Positions 37,921-49,758 of a stretch of DNA of 64,000 bases are shown one piece after another. Origin of the DNA: Ginglymostoma cirratum (taxonomy: Eukaryota); contig JAHRHZ010000271.1 in the NCBI GenBank assembly GCA_024137785.1, positions 11,667,144-11,731,143 on the forward strand, written 5' to 3'. The notes below the pieces were generated by a model. That model searched no databases. It was not told where the DNA came from and saw only the letters and a program-made list of their open reading frames with translations. Made by a program: the position numbers and the translations under genes. The stretch's first letter is position 1; each line of letters begins with the position of its first letter.

Positions 37921-38825
37921 AAAGGCGTGTGCAGCAACTGCTGATGCTTTCACCGTACTGAAGGCCACAATGGAAAGGCAAATTCCAGAGAGCTGACTTA
38001 TATTAGAATCCAGATGCCTGCAGTTATAGTAATCGCCTGTGGGGTTAAGAGACTGTGGAATCCTGGATACTACGGGGACCATACTGATTGTCTTGCTCAT
38101 ACCCACCAGTGTACAAACAGTCTGATCACTCTATATCTATGCTGCTATTCACACTGGTTTATTTTAGCCTATTTCCGAAGCACAGCCCTTGAAATTAGCA
38201 ATGCCAGCACACTCTGCACGTTCAGAAAACCCTCTCTTTCTACTGCAATCTCTCTGCCACACATCACCTCTACTCACAACCTCCTCAATACAGTCCTGGC
38301 AACCGGCTTTCCACTCCACTCTCCCGGCTCCTCGGTCCTGTCAATATTGGGGCTACTGGTTGGGTTACTCAGAGTTGGGGATGATGGTATATTACGGTGC
38401 TAGAGGTGACTGGGATTAGGTGGTTGTGCAGATTAGGTGGGGGATGGAAGAAAGAAAAGTTGAATGACGAATACATTTCAAAAGCAGTCAGCTGGCATTG
38501 AGCAAGTGGCGTGTCTTCAGCTCATGCCACCAGAGAGGAAGTTTGGTTTCAGTCGAACTATGTTTCATTACTGGCCTCACTACTCACCTCACTGCTCCAT
38601 GCTGCAGCCAGGATAGCAAGGCCCTGCTGCATGATGGAGAGGATGCAATTTAAAATGTAGTTAATGACACGGACCTCCACTTCACTGCTGACTGTAGGAT
38701 CCAATCCAATTGTGTCCAATCTTTGGTGTCACACTTTAGGGAGAATATCAAGGCCTTAAATAGGGTGCAGACAAGACTTACCTCAAAGGTGCCAGGAATG
38801 AGGAATGTCAGCCATGTGGAGAAAT

Positions 38826-39250
38826 TAGAATTAGAATTGGGTTTTATTGTCGTGTGTACTCAAGTACAGGAGTACAGTGAAAAGTCTACAATGTCACCGC
38901 ACACAGCACCAGCTTAGGTACAAATTTCCTTGTCACAAATATTAGGTACCAAAATAGATTAGGTACAAAAATAGAGGAATAAAGAATAAAGCTAAAAGCT
39001 CTACATTACTGTTCTTCATAGTACAAATTAGTAAAATTAAAAATAAAGTTGAAAGATGGATATTACAGTCCTTCTGTAGCTTGCATTCACTCCATGCTGC
39101 CAGCCATCCACATGTGGTTTCGCTCCCCCACACAACAAGCCAAACCCAACTGGGTTCACAAGCTGCTGGCCGCTGTGAAAGGCTGACTGCACCGGGGGTG
39201 CTAGTCCGTCAGCAACTGGCTGCCCTGTTCCAGGCCCCGGGCCCACCACA
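38826..39250 (-). mobile_element. Non-LTR element 3' end with (TTCTAA)n tail
   Basis: Reverse strand ends AATAAAACCCAATTCTAATTCTAATT. Confidence 0.5.
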
Positions 39251-39255
39251 ACTGT

Positions 39256-40178
39256 TGTAATGAAGTTGGGTCAAATAATTGTGAGGTGGAAGGCAGGAAG
39301 CTAAAACGTGTGGTTTCTTTAAGAGATTTGTGCTTTGTCTGTACTTGGAAATTTTTAAAAATGTATGGCTGTGAGCCTCAAAAAGTGAAAGAAGTGTATC
39401 AAAAAGTAAAAAGTGCCTTATGGGTGGCAGGCAAAACAGCAGGCTTGTCTTTGTTTTGTGACAATGAGTTTGAATTCAGCTAATTACCTTGCGAAGCACC
39501 TAGAAACAGCTAATTGAATTTAAATTTGATGGTGTTGCCAGTCTGAAACCTATCATATTATAAGAATTTGATTATGTCATTACGGGTATATAAGATGAGG
39601 GTATTTGGAAAATTGGAGAGAACCAACTGCCATCTGAAAGAGAGAACAGTCTGCCACCTGCCAGATTTAGCACCATTCGTCTCTCAGAGAAAGACCACTT
39701 AATTAATCAAAGCTACTGCGGTATTTTAGCTCAGAGTCCTCATTGAAGAAATTGTAGAAATAAAACATCCCTGACAGCATAATTACTGGAAGAAAGGTGT
39801 TTGTGAAGAGACTGGAGATGACAGAATATTCCAGAAGACAGTCTGTGTGAACTTGAAGAGATTAAGTTATAATTTATTGCTTCTTATTAATTGGGTTTAT
39901 ATTAGTCGGTCTTGTCTTTATTTAAACAGCATTTCAGTAGAATTCAGACCAGTCAGGGAGTGATTAGTAATCTCAGGGGGGATTGTCAGTTTGTTAGTAA
40001 TTTTGTTAATTTGTTCATTGTTAGTTTAAAAAAAATTGTTTCTTGTTCCTTGTAAAGTGGAGATCAGGGATTTTCTTTCTTTTAAGCACTCTTTTAACAG
40101 ATTATGAGAGGAAAGGTGAGCTTTTCTGGGTGTTTCAGGGGTAATTATTAGAAGGGAACCTCAACTCCTGTCATAACA
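39256..40178 (+). mobile_element. LTR (about 920 bp) followed by a possible PBS remnant
   Basis: Termini TGTAATGA and TCATAACA form an imperfect inverted repeat; TATATAA at about 39587; followed by TTGGGGCTTGT; no clear TSD. Confidence 0.6.
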
Positions 40179-40799
40179 GATTGGGGCTTGTGTTTTAGTT
40201 TGATTATCAGAGGGGTTTGGCCATTCCCTGTTGTAACACTGTCCCACTCCACTCTGGGCCCAGGCACCTTGCCCCTTACCCATGTGCCGCACCACTAAAG
40301 CCCAGAAGATTATGGGGAGGATTAATTGTGATGTTCAAAAATATGAATAGTTTTGATGGAGTAAAGAAGGATGAATTGTTGCCAGTGGTAGAAAAGGCAG
40401 AAACCAGAAGAAGCAGATTTAAGATGATCAGCGAAAGAAATAGGAGTGACATGAGGAAATAGTTTTGAAGTAGCTGCTTGTTATAACCTGAAATGGTCTG
40501 CCTAAAACAAGGTGAAAATATTTTCAATGATAACTTTCTGAATTTTATTGAATAAACACTTGAAGGGTAAAAGTTGGAATGGTGTAAGAGCAGGGAGGCT
40601 GGGACTTCCAGCGTTTTTAAAGAGTTGTACTGGCCTGGTGGGCCGAATTACCTCCTCAGCTTTGTGTTTTGTATGATCCTAAAATTCTAAGAGCAACATC
40701 ATGGAACCCAATGTCATTATTACAAAGGGGAGATATTGGATTTCCCCACTTAATTGTCTATTTGCTCTCAATTAAGTTTGCTGTAACTGTTGCACACAA

Positions 40800-41200
40800 G
40801 TAACAGTGAAGAGAACTATAAACTTCTTCAAAAAATTCAAACAAGTTGGTCAGACATGACCTCCTCTTGACAAAATCATGCAGACTGTTCTTGATTAATG
40901 TCTGCATCTCCAAATGCAGATTAATTCTGTCCCTCAGAATAGCTTCCAATTATTTGCCCATTAGGTAGGTTACACTGACTGGCCTGTAGCTTCTTGGTTT
41001 ATCCCTTGCTCCTTCCTTGAATAATGATACCACATGGGCTCTCCATCAGTTCTCAGAAAAGAATGGAAAAGTATTGTGTGTGCCATTCCTATTTCCTCCC
41101 TTGCCTCACTCAACAACCTATAATATACATTTCATCCAGCCCTGGAGGTTTATCTATTTTTGAAACTGCCGGATCATTCAGAACCCCCTCTCTCTTTATG
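40800..41200 (-). mobile_element. CR1 RT fragment
   Basis: EAILRDRINLHLE..RSCLTNLFEFFEEV. Confidence 0.85.
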
Positions 41201-41539
41201 CTACTTTCTTTTAAGTATATCCAAATTTTAAAGTTAATTCTTAAATGCAGCTGATCTTCTAGCATTGTCTTTGTGGGATCATTCTGATCTTTAGATTAAC
41301 CAAGAGGTATTGACTCTGTATAACTCATTATATCAACAGCTATTAGTATCTTCATGACTGTCTCACCATTTATGCAACTGTTTGTTCAATGAAGCATAGG
41401 TGAACCTTTTGCTTTTAAGTTTGAATTCAGACAGTAGATCAATTACTTGCCAGTTCATGCTGGGGGATTTGGTATCAATCCTTCTGCTGAATTTTTGTCA
41501 TTTAACTTTACACACGTTTTCTGTTTGTAGAACTGTAAA

Positions 41540-41730
41540 AGTTACTATTGCCCTACCAGACGATGTTGCTGCTTTCTCATTAAAGTTTAACCGGAGGGTT
41601 GCCATACCTCAGGCGAGGGAGCATTGGAGAAGGAGAGTCCTTCATGGCAACTTCAGCCTGTACAAGAATAGAACCCACACTGTTAGCATGACATCACATT
41701 GCATACCAGCTGACCAAGCTAACTGTACTT
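41540..41730 (-). mobile_element. tRNA-derived SINE (same family as 63355-63585)
   Basis: Shared GAACCCACACTGTT(A/G)GCAT and (C/T)TCAGG(C/T)GAGGG segments. Confidence 0.65.
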
Positions 41731-41955
41731 AATATTCCTTTCTATTTTTTGGCTTGAAACTTAACTTGATTTAGGGCTTTTTCAGTTGGATTTGTATTAT
41801 TCCTGAACATAGCATACATTCAGTTTATTTGTCTTTTGAATGTCTCCACAAATTCTCTTTGCTCACCTTGGGGCTGACTCCTGACAATCATTCAAATTTG
41901 AAATAGCCTTTAAGTTGAGTGAGTTTGAATCAGCTGGCTCTCTCAATAATGTGGC

Positions 41956-42180
41956 TGTAGTGATTGGAACCAGATTGACCTCGTTGACTACAAGATCATT
42001 GGTCCAGATTAACAACCTCAATCAATCAGGAAAGCCCTGGCTGACCGATATAACCAGGAGATTAGAATTCTTCAGTCCAGGAAACTGACACCAAGCTGGC
42101 TGGCCGTGGCCAGTGTATTGTGCACAAGTAAATAAAGGGTGACTCGGAGATGGGATACCAGCCGCTGCGCAGTTATTTCA
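41956..42180 (+). mobile_element. Short solo LTR (about 225 bp)
   Basis: TGTAG...AGTTATTTCA, GATATAA, AATAAA; near-TSD GTGGC/GTTGC; homologous to 16511-16740. Confidence 0.75.
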
Positions 42181-42659
42181 GTTGCTAAGTTGGGGATGTA
42201 CATGGTTTGCGAGAAATCTTATCTTATTTTCCTCTGTTTTCTGAGCCATGGGAACTTACGGAGGCATTATATTTTGCTTATAGCTGCTGTCTTTGGCCTG
42301 AAAAAGACTAAGGCTCTTTTTTTTTTGCTAGGTTTGTTTTCTTCAAGCAAAAAAAACTTCCCAGCAACACACAATGTCACAATCGAAATGCAACAGTAGT
42401 GAGATGCTTGATGTCCTCTGGTGAGCTGATTTACTATACCGAATAATTTCCAGATAAAATGTGTCTCAAAAACAGATGTTAAGTTAGCTGGCCTATGGTT
42501 ACCTGTCTTTTCTCTGCTTTGCTTTGCTTTTAAATAAAGCTATTACATTGGCTGTTGTCCAATTTTCTCGGACTTTTCCAGAATGTAAGTATCCCTAGAA
42601 AGATAGCTACCTGTTCCTCCACTATCCCTGTAGCGGCTTCCTTTAATATCACATAATAA

Positions 42660-43860
42660 AGACCAGCTTGTGTTTCAAATTCCACATTCCTAGCTGTCCC
42701 TGATAACCTCAGAACTTATTAGAAAGGGTCACTCAAACCTAAACGTTAACTCTGATTTGTCTCCACAGATGCTCCTGCTGAACTTTCCCAGCAATATATG
42801 TTTTTGTTTCTGATTTAGAGCATCTGCAGTTTTTTCCATTTTTACTTGGTGACCCTTAATTTAAACCAGTGCCTCCTAGTTCTGGAGTCACACCCAAGGA
42901 ATTATCCTTTCCAGTTCCACCATGTTAATGCTATTCAGGATCTTTTATACTGCAATCAACTCTTCCCTTTTCTAAACTCCAGTGCAATCAAACCCAGCCT
43001 TTCCAACCTAGCCTCACAGGCAACCCATTCATTCTAGCTATCAATCTAGTAAACTTCCTCTGAACCGTTTCCAATACATTTACATCCTTTCTTCCATAAG
43101 GAGATCCAAACTGCGCACAGCATTTGAGATGTGGCCTCACCAATGATCTGTATTTAAAAGCATAACATCATTATTTTTATATTCCATTTATTTTGTAATG
43201 AAAGATAGTATCCCATTGGCCTTTTTGATGATGCGGTTTTCCTGCATACTGACATTTGAGTGACTTATGCACCAGAGCCTAGATCTTTCTATGTCTCATA
43301 ATTCCACAGTCATTCTTCATTAAAATAATACTCTGATTTTTCTTTGTTCTGTGTCAAAGTGAACAACTTCATGTTTTTCTGCAAAATTTCATCCACCAGA
43401 TGTGTGACCATTCACTCAACCTATCTATATCAGTCTGCAAACATCTTATGTCCTCTTCACATTATACTTTCCTACCTGTCTTTGAGTCATCTAAAAAATA
43501 GCTACCATGCTATTACTTCCCTGAACTAAATCATTGATATAAATTGTGAAAATTTGAGGTCCCAGCACAGACTCCTGCAGATCTCCATTGATCACATCCT
43601 GCCTTTCAGACAAACATATTATTCACACATGTTCTGTTTTCTGCCAGCCAATCTTCCATCCATTTTAATATGAGACACCTTACACAATGAGCTTTTGCTG
43701 CCCACAATAACCATTGGTGTGGCAGTTTATCAAATGCCTTCTGGAAATCCAAAGACCATATATCTGTGGGCTACCTTTAATCTACTGCATGTTGTACTCC
43801 TTCAAAGAGGTTTAATAGATTGATCAAATATTATTTTCCTTTCATGAGACCATGCAGACA
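42660..43860 (-). mobile_element. Old CR1 fragment
   Basis: Diverged CR1 ORF2 sequence on the minus strand (e.g. TCAAATGCCTTCTGGAAATCCAA encodes LDFQKAFD). Confidence 0.8.
42708..42846 (+). mobile_element. Family B arm with degenerate HHR and tail
   Basis: AAGGGTCACTCAAACCTAAACGTTAACTCTG..CCACAGATGCT..CATCTGCAG. Confidence 0.75.
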
Positions 43861-43882
43861 AACCCCAACTGCCTATCTTTGA

Positions 43883-44086
43883 TAAGAGATAATGGGTACT
43901 GCAGATGCTGGAGAATCTGAGATAACAAGGTGTGGGGCTGGATGAACACAGCAGGCCAAGCAGCATCATAGGAGCAGGAAAGCTTGACGTTTTTTAGGGT
44001 CTAGGCCCTAAAAAACGTCAAGCTTTCCTGCTCCTATGATGCAGCTTGGCCTGCTGTGTTCATCCAGCCCCACACCTTGTTATCTC
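43883..44086. mobile_element. Near-perfect palindromic mini-element (family A)
   Basis: 84-bp arms 43919-44002 and 44003-44086 with two mispairs; one-sided tail 43886-43918; TSD CTGCCTAT(C/T)TTTGA at 43869-43882 and 44086-44099. Confidence 0.95.
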
Positions 44087-45279
44087 TGCCTATTTTTGAG
44101 ACTTCTTATCCTGTCCTAAGGCAACCTAATCTTAAACTAGCTGCTGCAAAAGCTTTTTGGTATTTGCTATGACTTAATATTTGTTTAGTCAGAGATTTGT
44201 TCTCACTGAAGCAAGATGACTATTGTGTGAGAGGTCATTTTCAACTTGTACAGGTATTGTTTAACCAGTGTTTCCAGGTCATTGCAGACTTTTCAACGTG
44301 TTGAACTAGCAAGCTGGTAAAACTTGCTGAACAGCTTTAGAAAAGTTGACAATTCAAAAAAGGGACTGTGAATTTTAAAGTTCTTATAGGTATTTACACC
44401 AAATTTGCAGTGAGGCAGAGGCTTGTTATAACTCAACCTATGGATATGTCCAACTTCCATCTCTCTCTGTCAGTGTTCTATCATTGACACAATCCCTACT
44501 GTCTCCCAATTTTCCCTCCTACATGACTCAGCCACTGAATTCTAGCTACAATGCCAAGGCTCCAAACTATGCTGCGTCAAACTGCCCAATCACAACCTCT
44601 ATCCCCAAAAATCATATTCAAGAAAGATGTCTGCTGGGCTGTGGTCTCCTTCAAAGCATTCTCTGTCCAATTGCAAGTCAAATCTATCAATCGACATCGA
44701 TGACCATGCCTAATATATATTTTTCCTGGCTTGGAAATCTTGTCACAGAAAATATCAGGGTCTGTTACCCAAAGGATGATGAGAGCTTCTGAGGAAACCT
44801 GTTAGACCTTGTAAATTGAGCAATTAGATTTTTTAAAGATAGTGTAATGGAAAGAGTTAACTATTTTTTGAGGAAATAGCTGACCTGTGCAAAGCATTTT
44901 AAGCAGAACATTTTCTCAAGGCCACAAACTTAGTTTGATTTTCCATGACACAACAAATAAATCTGAAGAGGGTGATTTTATCAGACATCACATGATGCAA
45001 TTCACATCATATCACAAATTGCAGTACGTGAGACAAATTAATGCTGGGTCCTAACATGCACGATTTTCAATCTGTCAGAACAATACGTAAAATATTTAAT
45101 CCTAAAATCTTGGGTATAAATTTCACTGAATGATAAATAGCATTTTTCTTAAAACTGCCCTTTCTCCCTACTGGATTTTTTTTTCTCTCATTCTTTACAT
45201 GAGTGACCATGCTCAGCTTCTCTATTAGGTACAGCTTTTTTAAAAAAAAATGTACAATATTTCTGCTTGTAATTCAGCT

Positions 45280-47335
45280 GTAAGAATCCTACGCCGCACT
45301 AACTGACTGTGTCTATAGTATGTGTGCTTTTTCTACAAAAAAGAATGTATCTGCAAATACAAATTCACCCCACACGTAGGTGCGTGTGTGCGTGTGTGCG
45401 TGTGCGTGCATGTGCGTGTGGTCACCCCTAGTGCAACATGAACGCAGGATCCCAGTTGAGGCCATACAAATGGGTACCGAACTTGCCTAACAACCTCTGC
45501 TTGGCAACTCTGCATTGTTATGTATTCCAAAGTTCGCCTTGGAAGTCTACCCAAAGATCCGAGGCCAACTGTCCTTGACCACTGAAGTGTCCCCCTACTG
45601 GGAGGGAACATCCCTGTTTGGCAATTGTTGAGTGGTGTCTGTTCATCCGTTGTCAGACCATCCCGTGCCTCGGGGCATCCTTGCCTACAGCATATGAGAT
45701 AGACAACACTGGCTGAGTCACATGAGTCTCTGCCTTTGTATGTGTGGGTGGTGTTTCCACATGCAATGGTAATAGCAGATCCACGACATGGATATGTCTT
45801 GCAGAGGTTGCCATGACAGGGTTGTGTAGTGTTTTGGTTACTGTTGTCCTGAAGGCTGGGTAGTTTGCTGCAAACAAAGGTGTGTTTCAGTTTTGGTGGT
45901 TGTTTGAAGGTGAGAAGTTGAGGTGTGGGGAAGATCTTGGCGAGGTGTTCATCGTCATCGATAATGTGTCGAAGCCTGAGAAGAACATGATGTAGTTTCT
46001 CCACTCGCAGGAAGTACAGGACAATGAAGGGTACCCTATCAGACGTATCCCGTGTCTGTCTTCTGAGGAGGTCATTACGGTTTTTCACTGTGGCACGTTG
46101 GAACTGGCGATCGATGAGTTGAGCATCGTATCCTGTTCCTATGAGGGCATCCTTCAACACCTTGAGGTGTCCATCACGTTCTTCCTCATCTGAGCAGATC
46201 CTGTGTATGTTTAGGGCTTGCCTTCAGGGGATGGCTTCTTTAATATGTTTCAGGTGGAAGCTAGAGAAATGCAGCGTCGTGAGGTTATCTGTGGGCTTGC
46301 AGTAGAGTGAGGTACTGAGGTGTCCATCCCCAATGGAGATACATGTGTCCAAGAATGACACTGATTCTAAAGAGTAGTCCATGGTAAACCTGACGGTGGG
46401 ATGAAACTTGTTGATATTGTTGTATGGTTGTTTCAGTGATTCCTCGCCATGAGTCCAAAAGAAGAAAATGTCATCTATGTAACTGGTGTGTAGCATTGGT
46501 CGGAGGTTCTGTGCAGCAAAGAAGTCTTGTTTGAACCTGTGTATGAAAATGTTGGCATATTGGGGAACAAATCTGGTTCCCATGGCTGTTCGGTGTGTCT
46601 GGCTGAAGAACTGGTTGTCGAAGGTGAAGACATTGTGGGCAAGGATGAAGCGGTGGAGTTGTTGGATGGCGTTTGAAAATTGGCAGTTGTTGGTATTGAG
46701 TACTGAGGCTGTTGCAGTGATGCTGTCATTGTAGGAGGTGCTGGTGTGGAGTGCCAAAACATCGTGATGAAGAATATTCCTGGCTTGACTAGTCCGTGAG
46801 TGCTGAGTTTCTATAAGAAATCTGTAGTGTCGCGACAGAAGCTGGAGATTCCTTGTACAATGGGTTTCAAGATGCCCTCAACATAGTCAGAGAGTTTCTC
46901 ACACATGTCCAAGTGTGTTGGCTTTGTGTATCTTTAGAAGGCAGTAGAAGTCCTCTATGTGGGAATTGTGTGGGATGAGAGTTCATGTGGTACTCTGAAG
47001 GACTGGATCTTGGCCAGTCTGTTCATTTGACGGGTGTGTAATTTGGTCGGATTGGCAAGTAGTTGTCTGTAGTGTTCCTCGTTGTTCAGTTGTTGGTACA
47101 TTTCCTTGCAGTAGTCTGTTCTATTCTGTATGATGATGGCCCCTCCTTTGTCTGCTGGCTTAATGGAAATGTTGTGATTGGTCTTGAGAGCATGGATGGT
47201 GTTGTGTTCTGCCCTACCTTGTGAGTGCAGATGATGAATCTGTGTTAACATGTTTTCTGATGGCTTGAGCAAACCTGTCAAGCCCCAGGCAATGGCCCTC
47301 CGGAGGGGTCCAATTTGACTGTGTCTTTGCCCCCT
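45280..47335 (-). mobile_element. PLE body (RT plus GIY-YIG), frameshifted
   Basis: IKPADKGGAIII; TAMGTRFVPQYANIF..SYIDDIFFFWTHG..FHPTVRFT..SFLDT..LYCKPTD; PCHGNLCKT..CDSASVVYLICC. Confidence 0.95.
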
Positions 47336-47387
47336 CACGTGCACGTGCACGTGCACGTGCGCGTGCGCGCACACACACACACACGTG
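47336..47387. repeat. (CACGTG)4 plus GC/CA alternating purine-pyrimidine tract
   Basis: 52 bp of uninterrupted alternation. Confidence 0.95.
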
Positions 47388-47784
47388 AATTTGTATTTGC
47401 AGATACATTCTATTTGGTTCAAAAAGCACACAATTGATAGACAGTCAGTCGATGTGGCATTTTATAAATTCTTACTTTAGAAATAAAACCAGTCTGACTC
47501 CAAACCAAAACACAAACAGATTCTAAACAAGGCTCACACCTAACATGCATTGTGTGACCTAAAATGTCACCACTTCTTTAGAATGATAAAACCTTTAGCT
47601 CTCTCAGGACAGTGGCTTGAAAGAAATTCGGGATTTACACATACATATTAATCAATTAAAACCTTGTAACTGATTAATGATTTAACAACATCTTAGGTTT
47701 GTTTAATACATCCTCATCAGTGGTGTGACCCTTTGAAATTTTACTTATAAGCTCTGTGCCTGATACTACCTCTCTCACTAACAC

Positions 47785-47813
47785 CTGAAGGAGGAACGAG
47801 ACTCCAAAAGCTT
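47785..47813 (+). ncRNA. Degenerate HHR motif in the PLE pseudo-LTR
   Basis: CUGAAGGA-GGAACGAGACUCC-AAAA-GCUU; core substitutions suggest it is inactive; flanking TCAC/GTGA could form helix I. Confidence 0.45.
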
Positions 47814-48074
47814 GTGATTTCAAATAGGCCTGTTGGACTATAACCTGGTGTCATGTGATTTGTGGCCTGTGGTTGCCTGGTGGTTCACAAGAAGTGTGAA
47901 GGAACAGAGAAAGACATCTATCCTGCAGGGCCAAGGACCCCAGATGGTGACCAGGTAAGTGCCTGAATTGTTTTTGTTAGTACTGAAGCTCCAGAATGAT
48001 CACTAGGTCTCCAGTTTGTTGACACGTCCACTGTCATGACAATTATATCCACCAGATAAATTCCAGAACCAGGC

Positions 48075-48545
48075 GTCATGGTCTAAGGATATGCAGCAGG
48101 CCACTTTGGATTGAGAGGAAGAGAAATTTCTTCACCCAGTAAGTGCTGAGCATGTGGAACTCTCTGCCACAAAGTGATTAAGGCCAAAACATTGAATGTT
48201 TTCAAGAATGAGTTAGATATAGTACTTGGGGTTAAAGGGATCAAAGGGTTTTGGAGATAGCAGGAACAAAGTTGGATGAAAACTGAAAGAACCATGGATG
48301 CTGTAAATCAGGAACAAAAACAGAAGTTGCGAGAAAATCCCAGCAGGTCTGGCAGCATCTGTGAAGAAAAAGAAACAGTTAACATTTCAGGTCCAGTGAG
48401 TTCTGAGGAAGAGTCACTGGACCGAAAAATGTTAACTTTTTCACTGATGCCGCCAGACTTGCTGACCTTTTCCAACAACATTGGATGATTGGCCAAGATC
48501 ATACAGTAAACTCAAAAGGCCCACTCCAGATCCTACTTTCTATGC
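48075..48545 (+). mobile_element. CR1 3' fragment split by a palindromic insertion
   Basis: AATTTCTTCACCCAG..TGGAACTCTCTGCC motif and tail. Confidence 0.8.
48280..48480. mobile_element. Palindromic mini-element (family B)
   Basis: Inverted arms; HHR-like CTGAGGAAGAGTCACTGGACCGAAAAATGTT at 48403-48433; exact 8-bp TSD TTGGATGA (48272-48279 and 48481-48488). Confidence 0.85.
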
Positions 48546-48889
48546 TTTTCATCCATCTTTCACTACAACATGTTCAATGTGAATGGTTATGTTCAGAAGC
48601 GTAGAGAAAATGAGAGAAAATTGAGGAAATCATCTAAACAGAACAAAAGATGTAATGGGAAAAGAACACAAGTATGATTTCTAAATTGTTGCTTGTCAAG
48701 GAACATTTACAATGGGTTAGGGGAAATGATAACACACAGACGGTCTTTATAGTGTTTCTTTGGCTGCCATCGACATTATTTGAATCATGAATTATTTGGG
48801 TATCTATAAATTCCAATAGCATACATAACTTGACATCTTTTGAGTTTGAAACTCCTTTTCAACTTGAACTCTGACTACACTCTGGTCGG

Positions 48890-49035
48890 TGGCTTATGAA
48901 TTTAAATCCCACTCCAGAGATTTGAGCCCAAAATCAATGGTAACAGTCTGATGTAGGACTGTCGGAGTGCTTCACTGATGCATAAGCAATGGTTCAGGAG
49001 AGCACTTTTCAGTCATTGGAAAAGATCCCAGGATT
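48890..49035 (+). mobile_element. Old Deu-type SINE fragment
   Basis: AATCCCACTCCAGAGATTTGAGC..GGAGTGCTTCACTG resembles the Deu-domain start. Confidence 0.35.
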
Positions 49036-49758
49036 TAATCAGAGAACGGTACACAGAGTTATGAACTCCAGGAGTGTCAAGGATCAAAGTGATCACGCAG
49101 GAGGGTAGCTTTGATGCCAAGATCAGATCAGCCATAATGATGATGATTGACAGAATGCGCTCAGAGGGTAGTTATCCTATTGCAGCTTCTGTTTCTTATG
49201 ATCTTCTCTCTCGAAGCTTAGATATATATAGACAGCTCAATTCCCCAGGCTATTATTTTTCAATGTTAGCAAAGACAAGAGTGTTGTCTCGGAACAGAAA
49301 GAGTTTGTATACATTGCTTTACAGGAAACTGCTCCATATTTTAAAATTTGAAATTGCAGCTTTGTAACCGGCTGGGAATTGCACAGCAATATTTTCAAAG
49401 CGTAACTAGTGTCAGACAGTTTTTGACTTGCTCCCGGAGGGTAACCAAACTTGAGAGGAACTGAAAAATTGAATCCTGCTCTTTAAGTGGGAAAATATCA
49501 AGCACGTGAGACAGGAGATGATTGACTGTGAGAAACTTATGACATTCTATCTTGAAAGGAACGGTTCATGAATGTTTTAGATAATTTATGCCAAAAGTGA
49601 CATTTGTCCATGAAAAGCTAGTGGTGCCCCACAGATCTACTGAAACTCTTAGCATATTAATAAAGTCGCAATTGAGGATGACGCGGCATATTGCACTGTG
49701 TAAGGCTAAAACATGCTTAACTGCAGGGAACTATTCTTAAACTAAACTTTGTTAAACA

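Larger units (their letters stand above)
38700..40680 (+). mobile_element. Old CR1 3' fragment split by nested elements
   Basis: ALNRVQTRLTSKVPGMRN (38723-38825) resumes at about 40305 with RRLWGGLIVMFKNMNSFD. Confidence 0.7.
47336..47870 (+). mobile_element. Inverted pseudo-LTR (3' UTR) of the same PLE
   Basis: 47386-47460 (TGAATTTGTATTTGCAGATACATTCT..AAAAAGCACACA..ATAGACAGTCAGT) is the inverted copy of 45300-45368; ends CCTGTTGGACTATAACCTGGTG. Confidence 0.85.

Noticed and set aside
37906-38690. Harbinger transposase remnant
   Set aside because: No DDE motifs could be read in any frame
7002-44086. Dispersed palindromes as CRISPR repeats, intrinsic terminators or MITEs
   Set aside because: The context is eukaryotic, there is no spacer array, and variable 8-14 bp TSDs, a one-sided tail and homology to a PLE terminus point to retrotransposition
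45333-47431. Functional RT/endonuclease gene
   Set aside because: Split across several frames by stops and frameshifts, with catalytic-region substitutions
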